DNA of 64,000 nucleotides. Origin: Rhizodiscina lignyota. Its lineage: Eukaryota. The notes under the pieces were generated by a model. It was not told the origin of the DNA, searched no databases, and was given only the letters and a program-made list of their open reading frames with translations. The position numbers and the translations under genes are program-made. Shown piece by piece: positions 62,566-64,000 of the stretch. Within the stretch, counting starts at the first letter, position 1. Every line of letters begins with the position of its first letter. Location of the stretch: the NCBI GenBank assembly GCA_010015805.1, contig ML978141.1, positions 1 through 64,000 of the forward strand, in the 5' to 3' direction.

Positions 62566-62622
62566 AAATGGCAGGGGAAATTGGTTATCAAAATAAGCGC
62601 ATTAAAATAAAATATAAAGCTC

Positions 62623-63539
62623 TCAATTGATGATGTAGCCACCGTCTACCACCATTGCACTGCCCTGGCAGAAGCTCGCCTTTGTAGAGCACAGGAATAT
62701 CGCGCAGTCCGCAATTTCTGCGACCTGGCCCATTCGCTTCATTGGTGCGATCAGAATTGCAGGCGCCATCAATTCTCTTCGCCCCGGTTGACTCGTCGTC
62801 ATCGGCGTCTCGATCACACCAGGACAGACACAGTTGACTCGAATGTCTTTATGGGCATAGTCGATCGCGTCGCCACGAGTCATTGCCATCACAGCAGCCT
62901 TGCTAGCACAGTAAGCAGTCGCCGCAGGCCGTCCAACAAATCCTAGCTGGCTTGCAATGTTGACGATGCTGCCTCTTTGCGGCGGTCGCCTGGGGTCGTG
63001 ACTCGGCAGGGGTTCTTGGTTGAGCATCGCTTTGATCTCGGCACGAGACGAAAGCCAGCAGCCGCGATAATTTACATCGTTGATCTTGTCGAACATTTCC
63101 AGTGACGTCTCTGTGGATATTTGATTGTTTCCCATAATACCGGCGCAATTGACCTGAGATCGCGTTAGTAGTTAATCCCAGTGCCTCTCCTTTCCAACGA
63201 GGCGTACGCAATAATCTAATCTCCCAAATGTCTGCACAACTGTGGCGATAAGCTCATCCACAAACTTTTCTTGCGTTATATCCCCAGCCAAGGCAAATAT
63301 TTTAGCATTGGGGAACTGTTCCGTCAGCGCTTCCTGATTCTTCATCAGAAGCTCCTCGTTTCTGTCCGTTATCGCGATGCTACGGCAACCAGCTTCTGCA
63401 AATGCCAAGGCAACGCCTGACCCGATACCTGCGGTGACTCCTTAGATGATATTCGTGAGAGGGGCTGAGCTGCTATTGATATACCAGTTCCAGCTGCACC
63501 TGTAACCAATGCTACGCCAGGGTAGAGTGTCTCCGCCAT
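62623..63539 (-). CDS. Classical SDR (3-oxoacyl-ACP reductase-like), 3 exons
   Basis: VALVTGAAGTG|IG, GRLDYC|VNCAG, SIVNIAS, YCASK, RVNCVCPG, VDGGY. Confidence 0.9.
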
Positions 63540-64000
63540 ATTGTCTCGTCTGGTTGAGGGGTCGACTATGTGATATTGCTCGATTAAAACAACGGATGTC
63601 CAGGGAAGGAAGGACGATGTTCACGGTGATGCTGCAGCTGTGAGATGGTTAGCTCCAACGTTAGCTGAAGGTCCCCATTTACATAGGGCTGCCGAGAACC
63701 GCTCTAGTCCGCAGATAAGGATGGCCGAGGATTTCTCGTCTCCTTCATAGCCAGCTAAGACGCAAGTCTCGCTGTCAGTCTCCGAGTTGATGCCGTCGGC
63801 AAACTACCCGATTGAGTTTGATAATGGGGATGGAGGTGGTTTGTCAAGGGTACCGCGTGGTGACATGGATGTCGCGGGACACGCGGTCCGGCTAAGACAT
63901 CACCACCCTTCGTTCGCAACTCTTTCTTCCTCTCATCACCCATCCTTCTGTCCGTCACGAGCTATCGCGAGCCCTCCAGTCCTCGAGCATCCGAGTCTAT

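Overview
Gene-dense eukaryotic DNA from a filamentous ascomycete (Pezizomycotina): short GT-AG introns with CTRAC branch sites, Zn2Cys6 regulators, SEY1, ATG22 and a CENP-W-like gene. About 30 protein-coding genes can be reconstructed. There are no rRNA, tRNA or CRISPR features. The left half (1-29.5 kb) is accessory and catabolic. It starts with a Zn2Cys6 TF + DHA1 MFS + SDR trio whose divergent promoter carries an intact 329-bp hAT-type MITE (17-bp TIRs, 8-bp TSD). Next comes a candidate regulated cluster: Zn2Cys6 TF, ACS-family MFS importer, FAD monooxygenase, stand-alone HisD/HpsN-like dehydrogenase, persulfide dioxygenase, D-2-hydroxyacid dehydrogenase, sulfite oxidase, PRISE-like reductase and flavocytochrome b2. 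Five of these enzymes end in a peroxisomal PTS1 tripeptide (SRL, ARM, SKL, SKL, SRL). The best candidate for an undescribed system is this apparently peroxisomal catabolic pathway, possibly for an organosulfur or sulfonate compound. The substrate is inference only, and no sulfo-lyase is visible. The right half is mostly housekeeping genes plus a pair of secreted phospholipase-type genes. Exon boundaries were read by eye. Family calls come from motif recognition, not database searches.
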